DNA of 63,689 nucleotides, filler included, from Octopus bimaculoides (GCF_001194135.2; 4 parts of 4 records of this genome joined end to end with filler, not necessarily neighbours in it); one strand, 5' to 3'. Shown: positions 14,117 to 26,520, numbered from the whole stretch's first letter. The notes: a model not told the origin generated them from the letters alone. Translations and numbers: made by a program.

Positions 14117-14433
14117 GACTGGCACCCGTCAACGACAAGGGTTCCAGTTGATCTGATCAACGGAACAACTTGCTCGTGTGATTAACGTGCAAGTGGCTGA
14201 GCACTCCACAAACACGCGCACCCCTTCACATACTTCTGAGGGAGATTCAGCGTGACAGAAAGTGTGACAAGGCTGGCCTCTTGAAATACAGGTACTACAC
14301 ATTTTTGTCAGCTGAGTGGGCTGCAGCAACGTGAAATAAAGTGTCTTGCTCAAGGACACACAACACACCGCCGTGAATCGAACTCTGGAATCGTGACCCT
14401 ACAATCGCGAGCCGAATACCCTAACCACTAAGC
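14117..14433 (-). mobile_element. tRNA-derived SINE family C variant (tRNA head, gtccttgagcaagacac middle, 3' tail shared with the 53417 copy)
   Basis: Reverse complement begins gcttagtggttagggtattcggctc (A box) ... gagttcgattc (B box). Its 3' part cagccttgtcacact...gtggagtgctcagccacttgcacgttaat...gatcaactggaaccc matches 53635-53772. Confidence 0.85.
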
Positions 14434-14963
14434 AAATTTAATAGATACTTATACTAGGCATACTAATACCCCTACTGAGCGAATATTAGCAGTATTAATG
14501 ATTCGGACAGCAGCCGAATTTCTCAATCTATCACACTCTTCCACCCTCACCTTCCTTCCACTGCCCTTAATTGAAGCCAATAATGTCGCCTCCTGCTATA
14601 GATACGGTAAATGAACTAATAGTAGTGTCGGCAGCCAATCTGCTGTACCACTAGTCCCCAAACCATCTATTACGGAATATACTGACATAATCCTTTATGA
14701 CCCTGATAATAACCGCCAGTCCTCCGCTCAGCAAGTAGTAGTAATGATAAGTGCCTTAATAACAGTCTCATTAGCCCTAGTATTTGTTACATAAACATTA
14801 ATGATTCTCAGACCCTCGATCCCATAGGATATAGTATTACAGGATGGCCCACTCGTAATAACAATAATGTCCGAGCCAAACAACCATACAACTGTTTGGA
14901 TAAAAAAAACCATGTCCGATTTCCTGTCAATTTATGGTCGAAAATGTAGTTTACAGGTAAAAT

Positions 14964-15230
14964 GTGGTTACTGACACGAATACTAATGGTTATATGGGCT
15001 GCTCCGTAAATCTGAAGCAGCGCTTACGCAACCATTTATCATCCTTCAAATTAAGACATAGGGCAGGCAGAACTTCTTTAGTCACGAAGATCTGGAAACT
15101 CAAAGATGTTGGCATTAGATTTGAGTTGAAATGGGATATAGTTAGGGTCACAAAACCATACTGTAGCAGTAGACACAGATGTAGACTATGTTGTGTGGAG
15201 CTGTACGAAATTTTAAAGCGAATGAAGTGA
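14964..15230 (+). mobile_element. Penelope-like element GIY-YIG endonuclease fragment; flanking 14450-16540 probably belongs to the same decayed PLE
   Basis: ORF GYMGCSVNLKQRLRNHLSSFK...LVTKIWKLKDVGIRFELKWDIVRVTKPYCSSRHRCRLCCVELYEIL has the YIG...R...H...W.LK....W.I...PY....C.LC..E pattern of Penelope GIY-YIG domains. Confidence 0.85.
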
Positions 15231-16706
15231 AAATTTAATTAATACCAAATTGTACCTTCGTCTTTCATGTATCCATCAAGTAATCCGTTCCTTTAAATAT
15301 TTTAAAAGCAACACATGAACTATATTTAGTTTGTAGCCAATGGTAAAACAACCTCAATCTCACAACTTTGCTCATACGTAGGCCTGATGGTACAAGGATT
15401 TCCATGACCCTCCGATGAGTGTTCTCTGTTCTCATTCTCTAGCTAATTCCATCCCTAATTACTCTTTATACCCTGATAATTATTTGTGTAGTATGTGATA
15501 ACTGAAGGACCGACTCTTATAATTAGTCTTACCTAGTATTATTGATTTGCGATATCTGATCGTAACTAAACTATAAAATTGTAGCCTATATATTCCAGTG
15601 AGATTTCCCACTTCCATAAGTAACCTTTATACCGAGTAACTATGATTTGTGTAGCACATGATAAAGAAGGAACATATCATCTGAACCAATTTACCAATGA
15701 CTATTGTGCTCGTGGTATACAACCACTTTTAACGTACATAATAGCTATGTACACATTCAAATTAGCGGCAACCATTAAGCAAACTAACAAGTTAACTAAT
15801 AGATAACTGGTACTCTGTCTATTTTTCTCTTATTAGGTGATATAGTTTTCATATTTTCTATTATTCGATCTCTATAATGTAAATGAAGGGGTGGTACACT
15901 AATAAAACTACCCGTTTTCTTCCGTACACAATACTTAAAAATTTAATAAGAACAATTCTATTTCAGGTACATACCGCTTCTTCTCACAAACATATTTGAA
16001 TATCACTATATTGCATTTGAATTTATATTTAACCTCCTAGCTTATATTCCTTTCCATCTAAGTTCAAATCACCCTCCCTCCATAACCACTATCTTCTGGT
16101 CTACTCTAAATTCTGAACGATATCTCTCCCCGGCTCTCTTCGAAATTAATCTTTAACAAGGATATGCTTCCCCCATATCTATAATTAATTGCCTCAATTT
16201 CCTTTGTCTCGATTTCACATTTAGCTATTCATCTATCAAACCCCATGGGGATAAAACGAATAAAAGTAAAACACATTAAAGAAAAACATATATTATTACC
16301 TACACTTCATCTTAAGTTGTTCATAACGAACCACTTAATTGTCTTCAACTTACATCCTCACCGACCACTAGCTAGGTCGGTGGCCATAAATCTCATCTCA
16401 CCCCTGTTCACTTAGTAAATTCCTAATACAATTCCACCTCTTTAATGGTTCTACTCTCTTCCGTTCACGGCCAGCTTCGGCTGGCATAAAGACGCGTTCC
16501 CACCGCGCATAGATTGTTCTTCTATTGTATTGAAATTATATGGATCATCTGAAAAATACGGTGTTTTAACTATAACGTAATGTACTCACTCATCAAATAA
16601 AAAAAAAATGCGTAAGAAACAGTTGTAATGAACTGACATTTATCCATCATCTGTTCTTTTTTTATGTACGTATGTACGTATGTATGTATGTATGTATGTA
16701 TGTATG

Positions 16707-16765
<59 letters not shown>

Positions 16766-17402
16766 NNNNNNNNNNTGTAACTGGAACTATTTTATTGGAT
16801 CAATTGCAATGGAGTCTGTTTCCTGTGTTTAAGAAGTGTGCGTGTATATTAGCTTGCTTGTAGCTGTTTTATTATTCATATTTATGTAAACAGTTTAGAT
16901 AACGAGAGTTCTACCATAGAGTACATATAAATTATTCATTCATAATTATGATATAATCGGATTAATCATAACCTTGTGTTTTTTACTTATATATGTATGG
17001 ACATATTTCATTTACTATATGAATACGGTTGTTAGATTTATTTTTAAGTTTAATTCCTTTTGTTTTGACTGTGTTTAAAGTATGTTTTTAATTTTCCTAT
17101 TTAATTACGGCATATTTTCATGTGTGTGTGTGTGTGTTATGTAGTCTATATTTTCCTCATAACACATTGCTGTCGTACATATATGCTTAATGTCAACTGG
17201 TATTACATGGTAGAGTCGTTCCGTATGATCTGTTTTGCAATCATGAGTTAATTTCTTTTATTTCTTTCATATGCTGACGCAAACATTGTAAATATAACAA
17301 AACTGTACCAATATATGATATAATCAGAGGCATGATCAAAAGTAATTACTATAGCATTTAAGTTATGTCCACAATCATGATGAAAGCCACATATACCGAA
17401 GA

Positions 17403-17637
17403 TATTGGGTTGTCAGATAAATTCACTTCTTTAACTGGCATTATCTTCACCATCATATATCAGAAAAGAGGTAACAATTATTCAAATTTTAAAACAATAA
17501 ACAAATTTATAGGGGTAGTATACAAGAAGTATAGAAAAAATACTAAGATACAAAGTATTGTACGTCCTATTTCACGTAGCACTCGACATTATTACAATGA
17601 ATGGGAAAAAAAGAACGAATTTATCTGACAACCAATA
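17403..17637. mobile_element. Mariner-type MITE / internally deleted mariner
   Basis: Terminal inverted repeats TA-ttgggttgtcagataaattc (17403-17424) and gaatttatctgacaaccaa-TA (17617-17637), flanked by TA; non-coding interior. Confidence 0.8.
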
Positions 17638-17808
17638 GAATGACTTTCCTTGTGCATTTTTATAGCAATAACGCTGCAAACAAGCCGTGTAATTCTGAGC
17701 GTATTAAAAACTAATATCTCTTCAAAAGGACATGCCTTTTAGTGCTAGCGCCCAAATAAAGCAAAACTAAACACAACAAAGGAGCAATGAGAGCTGCATT
17801 ACTGAGTT

Positions 17809-18840
17809 CATCATCATCATGATCCCTTAACTGCTGCAGCCAGTCATTGGCGTGCCACTCTAGACGGTTTCGTAGTCAGCCCTCGCCACTGGTCTCTGTA
17901 GTCTGTCATGTGTTGTCAGCTATCCAGCCTTTCATATTTTCAAACTAGGATTTTCTCTGTATACTTGGCTTTCGGTCTCCCTCAACTGTGTCCTGAAGAA
18001 TGTTTTTGGACGGGTGTTGTGGCGGGATAAATGACTGTAGCAGGCAAGCTTTCGTCCTTTTACCTCCGCAAAGGATATTATCTGTCAGTGTATTTGTTGA
18101 CTTGCTTCCTGTTCAGTTTGTGCTCTCTGTATGAGATGTGTAGCAACCTTCTGAAGCACTTATGTTCAATTGCCTACAGTCTTCGCTCCATGTCAGCTGT
18201 AAGAATCCCAGCTCTCACATCCATACAGAAGGATCGAAGTCACCAGGGACTTGCACACTTGAGTTTTCTTGGAGAACTAATGAAATTGTTTATCCACATA
18301 GTGTTCATCTTCGTCATGGCAGCAGAGGCTAAATTAAGTTTTATTGTTACCTTGAGATATGCCGTCCACTGACAGAGTGGATTCTAGGTACTTTCACATA
18401 TTCATTTCATCAAGTCTCTCTCTGTTTAGCATTATGTTGGTTGCTGTGGTTTGGTTGTTACTATGAACCAGTTTCTTGCTCTTTTCTGGACCGAACTCCA
18501 TCCCGTTTGCTCTTGATGCTTTTTCCAGTCGGGTGGTGAACTTCTCTAGTTCAATTTCATTGTTTCCTAACTGGAAAATATTATCAGAGAAGCGGAGGTC
18601 TTAAGGTGTCTCCTGCAAGATGGTTTCCAAGATATTTAAAAATACCGGACAGAGGAAGCATACTTATCGAATCCCCCACTGCTGTCCTGAAAAATTATCC
18701 GATGCTGCTGCTCAGGAGAAGAACTGCACCGCTTAAGTTTTCATACAGAGCTTGGATGAATTTGATGATGTTGTCTAAATTGTAATTATTCATCACTATC
18801 TTAGTTTCCGACAGCAACATTCTTAAGAAAGAACAGGGAC
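17809..18840 (-). mobile_element. 5'-truncated decayed RTE-clade LINE (RT C-terminal half to 3' tail)
   Basis: Minus translation GIR*VCFLCPVFLNILETILQETP*DLRFSDNIF (cf. GVRQGC.LSP.LFNI.LE...NLRFADDI), continuing to the 3' end with an (ATG)n tail seen as tcatcatcatcat at 17809-17820. Confidence 0.8.
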
Positions 18841-18889
18841 AATGGTTCTCACTTGACTCTTACTTTTGGCTATTCTCCGCCACAACCTA

Positions 18890-19070
18890 GTAACTTGTGA
18901 AGGCAACCAAAATAATAGATATTGCCATGTCTGAGGATGTACGATTAGATGATAAAGAACTAGAAAAGATCGAGAAATACAAACCACTACTAGATGAGAT
19001 TACACGAATGTGGGCAATGAAGAAAATAACCATGTGAAACCCTTGACAACAGGTGGTTTACTGGTCTTAC
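18890..19070 (+). mobile_element. Restriction-like endonuclease (RLE) domain fragment of an R4/Dong-type LINE
   Basis: Translation KATKIIDIAMSEDVRLDDKELEKIEKYKPLLDEITRMWAMKKIT matches the IIDIA.P.D....KE.EKI.KY..L..EI.R.W pattern. Confidence 0.8.
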
Positions 19071-19249
19071 AGAATTTGCCGAAAGAAGTGAAATGTACAA
19101 CAATGACAATTCTAATTCTAATTGTTTCTTATTTTAACAGAAAGAGGTGGAAAATACATTAGTACAAACTACAAAAAAACAGAGCGCACAGAGGAATTTG
19201 TACGGGACAGCAAATTTAAGAGAAAGACTATGAGTTAAAACAACAAATT

Positions 19250-19745
19250 TTAAATGAATAGTGCCCCCACCCCAAATCGGGTGACTAAAGTGTTTGTGGG
19301 GAAAACCCGCAAATAGACAGTCATCTTCAACACTAGGACAAGTGGACCCTCCTCATCCTCTTGCCTCAATCTCCTGACGCGTGCCCAGAACAGGACCGTC
19401 GCATTCACACTAACTTGCTACTCCACACACCTTTTTAAACAAATTTCTAGAAAGCACTTCCCACTCCGTTCTTATTTTCCTTTGCTGATGAAGGCTTGAC
19501 TAAATAGGAAGGTCTCTCAATTCATCCCTTTCAACCCTGTCTACTACACCACATGTTTCGCCAAGAAAGGAAGGCGGGGGGATTATCTTCACGATAGTTT
19601 GGGCAGATAGAACATCCATCACACACGCTTCACTAGGTGTCTGACAACCCCTCAAGGCACCAATGCTCTGGCACTGAAAGAATATGCGCAGAAAACTTTG
19701 GTCGCTCTGCGCTGGTTTTGGGCAAGCCTGGTTGATGGCATTCCC
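19250..19745 (-). mobile_element. Decayed L1/Tx1-like LINE ORF2 3' end
   Basis: GC-richer block whose minus translation includes IVKIIPPPSF and KIRTEWEVLSRNLFKK, resembling recalled Tx1-clade ORF2 C-termini; many disruptions. Confidence 0.4.
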
Positions 19746-20284
19746 CGATTAAGTGGTGGTGATGGTGCCGGTGAAGTTAAAATTTTCAGGTGCTTTGAAT
19801 TAACAATTTTGTTCTACTCTCTTCTGTTTTCGATGCTCAATTTTGTTTGTGTTGTTTCATTCAGAACTGGTTATGACAGTGGTAGTAATACTTTCACATG
19901 TTTTTTCTTTCTTTTTGTATTTGTGTTGCTTTCGTCGTCGTTGTTGATGAGTTTTCAATTGTTGTTTGAACATTCTCTATTAACAGGTAGCAGTGAGAAA
20001 TTAGTAATATATTGGCTGATGAACCAGATAATATTCAACTTAGCTATTAAAAAGCTTCATAATTCAACCTGAAAGTGATAACAATTTCTCAAAGCTAAAT
20101 AGTTTTATCTCATGGTGGTTAGATTCTTAATGAAATTGTACAAAACAACATTCAGTAGCAACTTATGAGCTTCAAAAGAACGTGTTTTACTTGCAAGCAA
20201 AACAATAATAAAAGGAGTGTAAGATGAAGAAGTAGAACGAAAAAGAAGAGGTGGAGGATGAGGAAGTGGAGAAGAAGTCAACGG

Positions 20285-20286
20285 CA

Positions 20287-20320
<34 letters not shown>

Positions 20321-20460
20321 AGAAGAAGAAGAAGAAGAAGAAGAAGAAGAAGAAGAAGAAGAAGAAGAAGAAGAAGAAGAAGAAGAAGAAGAAGAAGAAG
20401 AAGAAGAAGAAGAAGAAGAAGAAGAAGAAGAAGAAGAAGAAGAAGAAGAAGAAGAAGAAA
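20285..20460. repeat. Compound (GAC)n(GAA)n microsatellite
   Basis: Direct reading; source of the poly-K, poly-R and poly-F ORFs. Confidence 0.95.
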
Positions 20461-20926
20461 TTATCAGTGCAATTAGAATTTTGCAAAATTATTGTATGAG
20501 GCATGATATTTCATTGCCAATAAATTGCGCAAATACAGCGAAATTTGTGCGACATTGGAGATGTACTAGTTTAAAACATTATTCAAGATAACGGCCAGCT
20601 TTGCAAATGATGATTCAAAATGATAATAATATATGCGTGAATTGTGATAAACGTTAGATGATCAAGTTAAGAAAATCGGATGTAGTAAATAATTTATGCC
20701 CATGAGAATCTTCGTTATCGTAGAGTGTAATGTTTAATCCTGTAAAACTGCAACTTAGTATCTAAACATGGGATTACTTGTTTAAATTAATAACTGCTCT
20801 GTATGCATTTCTGTGTAGAACCACCTGTACAATTTCACTTGCGTTATATAATAGAGTCGAAATAGTTTGTTATATATGTTATGCACACACACACACACTC
20901 GTATATATATATATATATATATATAC

Positions 20927-20984
<58 letters not shown>

Positions 20985-22668
20985 AACACGCACAATAATG
21001 TTTGAATGTCTCTGTCGAGTAATATTTGCCAGAAAGAATTCAATGTAATATATCCGTAAAGAAAACGACTTAATATTCTTAAATTTTGATCCTTATGTAT
21101 TCCATATGAATGCATCGGGAAGTGATGTATTAATTGCACGTAGGTTTAAAACGTTCATCAGTTATCGAAAGCAAGTATTAATAATTTGTCATATTAATAT
21201 CATTAGCAGTGCACGTTAGGAACGAAAGAATTTTTAAAAAATACTTTCCATATATTTTTTCTGAACAATATATTAATAACGTAAAAAATATAATGCTCTA
21301 CCTGTACATTTTCTTCCGTTTATATGTTTTTTTATTAACATTGAAATAAAACCACAAAAACCAAATTAGTTTTTAAGAGAATATTCCATCGAAGTGATGT
21401 TACTAATTCTAGGGAGACTTAAATGCTATTTTCGATAAAGCGAATTTGACATCTCCACTCCCAAAAGATAAAAGATTGTCAATTGAAAATATATGTTATT
21501 CGATCTTTCTTTCCCATCGGCAATAATTCTGATATATTCATTATTTTTTCGGCGACAGTTTCACTTGTTACGAGAGTGAATGCTGCTTGCTACTGTTTTA
21601 TTGCTGCTGTTAAAGTTGTTGCTGCCACTACAACATCTACCGCTGTTATTCCACATAATATTACAGCTACAGACTCAATTAAGAAAGGACACAACAGGTT
21701 TTCTACATTTGATATTTAGTCTTGCCTTGCTTACAACCTTCAGTTTATTCTTTAAAACTCTCTGTCCATTATACTATGTCTTCCTTGTATGAATCGTTTC
21801 AAAATTCTACAACAAAGGCGACTCAGAGCAATAAATGTTAAACTATTGGCATGCATTTTACTGATATTATTTATATAAAAGAGCAATGCGTAGGGCCCCA
21901 GTGGATTTTAAGATTACAACTATTGTTGTAAGAGTTATTTTCTTTTCTGAAAATATTTTATATTCTAACATTGATAAAATATTGACTAATACTCCATAGC
22001 GGGGAAATGCTTTTTTATTTCCATTTCAAATCAATTTCTTTCACAAATCTTTGAACTTTTGCTTCTCCTTTATATTGATTTAGAGTGTGAGCTGCCAATC
22101 AAATATATTTATTGCTTGACTGATTTACAGTACTGAATTTCAGAAAATAAACAATGGTCAATGTGACTTATAACTTGTGGGCTTTTTGTTTGCATCGTAT
22201 AAAATGCCAAGTTAAAACTACATTCTATATTTTTATCTTCTACTTTATCTTCTACATTTTCGTACTTACATTCTGAATTATCAAGCAGTCTGTCGACCAA
22301 TATATTTCAGAGTGCAGAAAGAATATAAAGCTGAGGAAAGGAAGGAGCATCTTTTTAAAGAATATAATCCCTTGCACTAGAGATTGGTATAATTATTTAT
22401 ATAAGCTTCATGCCTTTAAAAGCTATAACGTCCGCATGATGTAGGAAATTCGGAAGTATTTTACCAGTCATTTCTAAAATACTATATTTTTTTCAGTGGT
22501 TATGGCAACACATTCTTTTGGTTCGAAGACACAAGCCCCTTTTATTTTAATCGACATTTTAGTTTGTCTAAGAACCTAAATATGCAATGAATTTCATATT
22601 CCCCGTCTACATCTTTATATCAGTACGCTACTTTTAACAATATCTTCAATAATAATTTAGTTGGACCA

Positions 22669-23005
22669 AGGCGGCGAGCTGGCAGAAACGTTAGCATACC
22701 GGGCGAAATGCTTAGCAGTATTTCGTCTGTCTTTACGTTCTGAGTTCAAATTCCACCGACGTTGACTTTGCCTTTTATCCCTTTCGGGGTCGATAAATTA
22801 AGTACCAGTTACGAACTGGGGTCGATGTAATCGACTTAATCCGTTTGTCTGTCCTTGTTTGACCCCTCTATTTTTAGATCCTTGTGGGGAATAAAGAAAT
22901 AAGAAACGTTAGCTTGATGGGCAAAATGCTTAGCAGTATATCGTCGATGTCTTTACGTTCTGAGTTCAAATTCCTTTCGAGGTCGACTTTGACTTTCATC
23001 CTTAA
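22669..23005 (+). mobile_element. tRNA-derived SINE family B, one full copy plus a tandem partial second copy (22905-23005)
   Basis: ggcggcgagctggcagaa (A box), gagttcaaattcc (B box), gcctt..atcctttcggggtcgataaattaagtaccag core; the head repeats again at 22905. Confidence 0.9.
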
Positions 23006-24089
23006 TAGAAGTAATTAGTTCATAACAGCCACTGACCAAACTCTGATTGACTGCTGATAGTCGGCTCGTGACTTATATAAGAACTGTTGCATGGCAAAAT
23101 TGGTAGAAAAAAATATTAATTAGTTGTTCCTGTAGTTCACAATATGCTTTTGTTCCTTTAATGTACGTGTTTTTAAGTGCTCTGTTCAATTTATGTGCAA
23201 AAACCAGATCGTATTAGTGGTGTAGTTTCCTCGGATCAGGATGGTATTTTACATCTCCACTAATATCTTGCGATCCACTCATCCTAGCACCTCTGTTGCC
23301 TACGTGGTTTCTCCGAGACCCCATTCTAACTATTATCCATAGTTCTTCTCTCCCTAATGCAGACTCTCGAATCGCCTCCGTACTTCTTGACTTGTAATGG
23401 TTTAATTGGAATATTTACAGCTTCAAATTTAACATTTTCGGATGGTTTGTAAAATTCCTATAATGCACGTTCCTCTAGAATCGACAAGTTACAAGGAAAT
23501 AAGGTGCTACATATTGTGGTTGTTGATTTTCACCAGATTAGGCCTTATCAAACAAACCTATGATGAAATGCAGCCCAATGTAATCATTCCCTCTTTATGT
23601 AGTAAGACGTACAAGAAAATCTTGAGAATAGAGGCGATTCGAGAGAGTCTATATTGTGGAGAAAATGACTATGGATAATATCATTTAATAATGACTGTAC
23701 TATTGTTTGAAAAGCAAACAGAAAAAATCATGTATTTGCTCTTTAAGCAGTGAACAGGATTTTATTGCCTGTGGAAAATTAGTTCTAATAGCGTTCGGAC
23801 ATTGTTTTTAATATCTAAAGTAAGTGCTTTGTAGATTTAATAGCTTGGTCCTCTCTATCTATGGCTTGAAATCGCGAACAAATATATTTTATTCAATAAA
23901 CATTTGAAATACACGCGTGCTCGCACGTACACACATTCTTTTATTCTTTTATGCATTTCAGCCCCAAATCTGTTGTCATGCTGGGGCATTACCAGTATTA
24001 TAACCATTTTAATGGCCATTCATTTATGACTGGCTCTTGATAAAAGTGGGAGTTCGAAATTGCTGCTCTCTTTTGATATTCTGGTGACC

Positions 24090-25560
24090 GGGCAATTTGC
24101 TCGAAACAAATTGCCCGTAGGACTATTCGCCGCAAGACAATTTCGCTGCAAGGACATTTTGCCGTAAAGCTTAGAAACTTGAAATTGCGTCGTTAATTAA
24201 AGAAGGTAGATAAAGGAATAGTATTTACGGCATTCATTTTCGGTAATTGCTGAAACGATGATTAAAAAACAAAAAGGTCGTATAAATTTGAAACTGCATC
24301 ATTAATTGCTAAAATGAGAATTTAAAAGCAGAGCATTTATTTAAAAATAACAAACTTTAAAAATAACTTGAAAATTCAAAAGTAAAAAGCTTGTTGTGAG
24401 AGGTTCCCTAGTCCGTTTACATTATTGACACTAATTTAAGGTGGCGAGCTGGCAGAATCGTTAGCACGCCGGAGAAATACTTAGCGGTATTTCGTCTGCT
24501 GCTATATTCTGAGTTCAAATTCCGCCGAAGTCGACTTTGCCTTTCATCTTTTCGGGGTCGATAAGTTAACTACCAGTTGCGTACTGGTGTCGATCTAATC
24601 GATTGTCCTCCCTCACTAAATTTCAGGCCTTGTGCATATAGTGGAAAGAATTATGTACATTATTTTTCTTTAAAAGTTGAAACTTAAACCCTTACGATGC
24701 CGTACACTATTAAAAGTAGCAGAGGTTGTGATAAGCTCGTAGACGACTCTAAGTTTATTTATAAGCAAGAAAGAAAATATGGATGTAAGGTCTATTGGAA
24801 GTGTGTTGATACAAAATATAAAGCGAAAGTTCATACAAAACTGAATAGTGAAGTGGTTTCTATTTGTAAAATTGTAAGTGAGCGTACACATCTATGGAAT
24901 CTTAGCCAACCAAAAAAATGCAAGAAGCAATAGCAAATGTGAAAGAAAATGCACTTAAATCTCAGTTAGCTTCAAGATCTTTGGTTGGTGCCGCATATGG
25001 GGAATTAGAAGATGAAGGATGCTCTCTTATGCCGTCAACTTCAAGTTTATCAAGAAACATTACATGGTGAAAGAAGGAAGAAAAGATTCCTCCTATACGT
25101 AGACCAAGAATCGGCTACGTAATCCCCGAAGAATTTACTAGTCTACAGAAAAGCCAAAGATTTTTTATCTTCGACAGCGGGGTGGAAGATGAAAACAGAA
25201 TGTTGATTTTTGGTACAATTGCAAGGTTGTACGATCCATAAGAATTGGGCATGCGATGGAACATTTAAGGTTTGTCTTGAAATTTATTATCAGTTATATA
25301 CTCTGCATGTTGACATAGGACATGCATGCATTCCACGAATTTACGGTATCTTTCCGAATAAGACGCTTGACACATACAATAGGGTTTTTCAAAAGGTTAG
25401 AGATTTGCTCGAGCCCCTAAGATCTGAAAGTCTAATGATTGATTTTAAACAAGCTAGTTTTCTAAATTTTTCTGACAATTTCCCATCTGCAAATGTAATA
25501 AAAAATGTGAGACAGACCAATAAAAATGAGAATCCGCATTTTTACTTCATTTATCGATAG
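24090..25560 (+). mobile_element. Decayed Mutator-like (MULE) transposon: FLYWCH finger plus MULE transposase fragment
   Basis: 24697-24933 encodes SSRGCDKLVDDSKFIYKQERKYGCKVYWKCVD (FLYWCH-like). 25210-25560 encodes WACDGTFKVCLEIYYQLYTLH...YGIFPNKTLDTYNRVF...SLMIDFKQA (MULE D.TF and DFE motifs). Subterminal 15-16-nt repeats of the ggacaattcgccgta type lie at 24090-24166. Confidence 0.85.
24440..24653 (+). mobile_element. SINE family B inserted in the MULE 5' region
   Basis: Near-identical to the 22669 copy, ending ...aaatttcaggccttgtgcatatagtggaaagaatta. Confidence 0.9.
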
Positions 25561-25564
25561 AATA

Positions 25565-26520
25565 TGCAACGCCTTCCTTTAACCTTCTAGGATGTCTCCT
25601 ATATGTAAGGAAGCTTTGGAAGAGGATCTGTAGTGGTTTGCTAGAGCCCTTTTCCATTTCTTTAAAAGGATTGCTGAGAATCAATTAAGGTCTTTTGCTG
25701 AGTTTAAACTCAATTCATCAAAGGCTGATATTACATCAGCTTTCTCAATTTCAATATAAGAAATAATTGTCATCACTTTATGTAGAGCTGTGGTACCGAA
25801 GAATCTGTCAAGTATAGCTATATGCAAGTGTCCCAACTCAGTTGGGGCAAGTATTTAGTAATACACATTCAATATTTCACTTGTCCTCTGCACATCTTCA
25901 ATTAGTAAGCCATTTTCCTTCAACAGTAGCCCTATCTTGTACCATACTGAAATAGACTTTCTTGCAAATCTATAGAAGTTTTTAGGGTTTGTCTCTAAAT
26001 TTTTACAGCCCTGGTTTCTCTTTTCTCCTTCCCTTTTTCATGTGTTTGAGTTCACTTTTAAGCACACGCAATGTTTGTTTGAGAGAGGATTTTTCGCTAT
26101 CCTTTAGTATCCCACTTAGACGGCTCGAGATTTGTGCTCATCGTCTCATCAGAATCGTCCTGTCCCTGTTCTGTCAGTTTGACATTCTCTCTGGAGTCAA
26201 CACACTGCATATATCATGCGTAATTGTCATAAAATACTGTAGCTATGTGTCAATATCTTGCGTAGAGAATGGTACATAAGTTTTGGTTCATGACCTCTTT
26301 CTCAATAGTATCCCGATCAGCTTTGTAAAGTTTGAGACTGGTAGAGGGGTTGGGTAATTCTTGTAACTGCATGTCTGCAATTTTCCATACATTGATTGTT
26401 CTATTCAGTTATGGTCCACGAACATAGTCCATGTCACCACAAGATTATGGATTGGCACGGTGTTATTCGTAAAGCAGAGGTCCAGAACATTTTTATTCCG
26501 TTTTGGATGCAGACTTACAA
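25565..26520 (-). mobile_element. Decayed CR1/L2/Jockey-group LINE ORF2 fragment (inter-domain region)
   Basis: Minus translation KNLETNPKNFYRFARK, then after a frameshift KIGLLLKENGLLIEDVQRTSEILN, then IEIEKADVISAFDELSLNSAKDLN*FSAILLKK (cf. NPK.F..Y, K..KA.GPDG). Confidence 0.65.
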
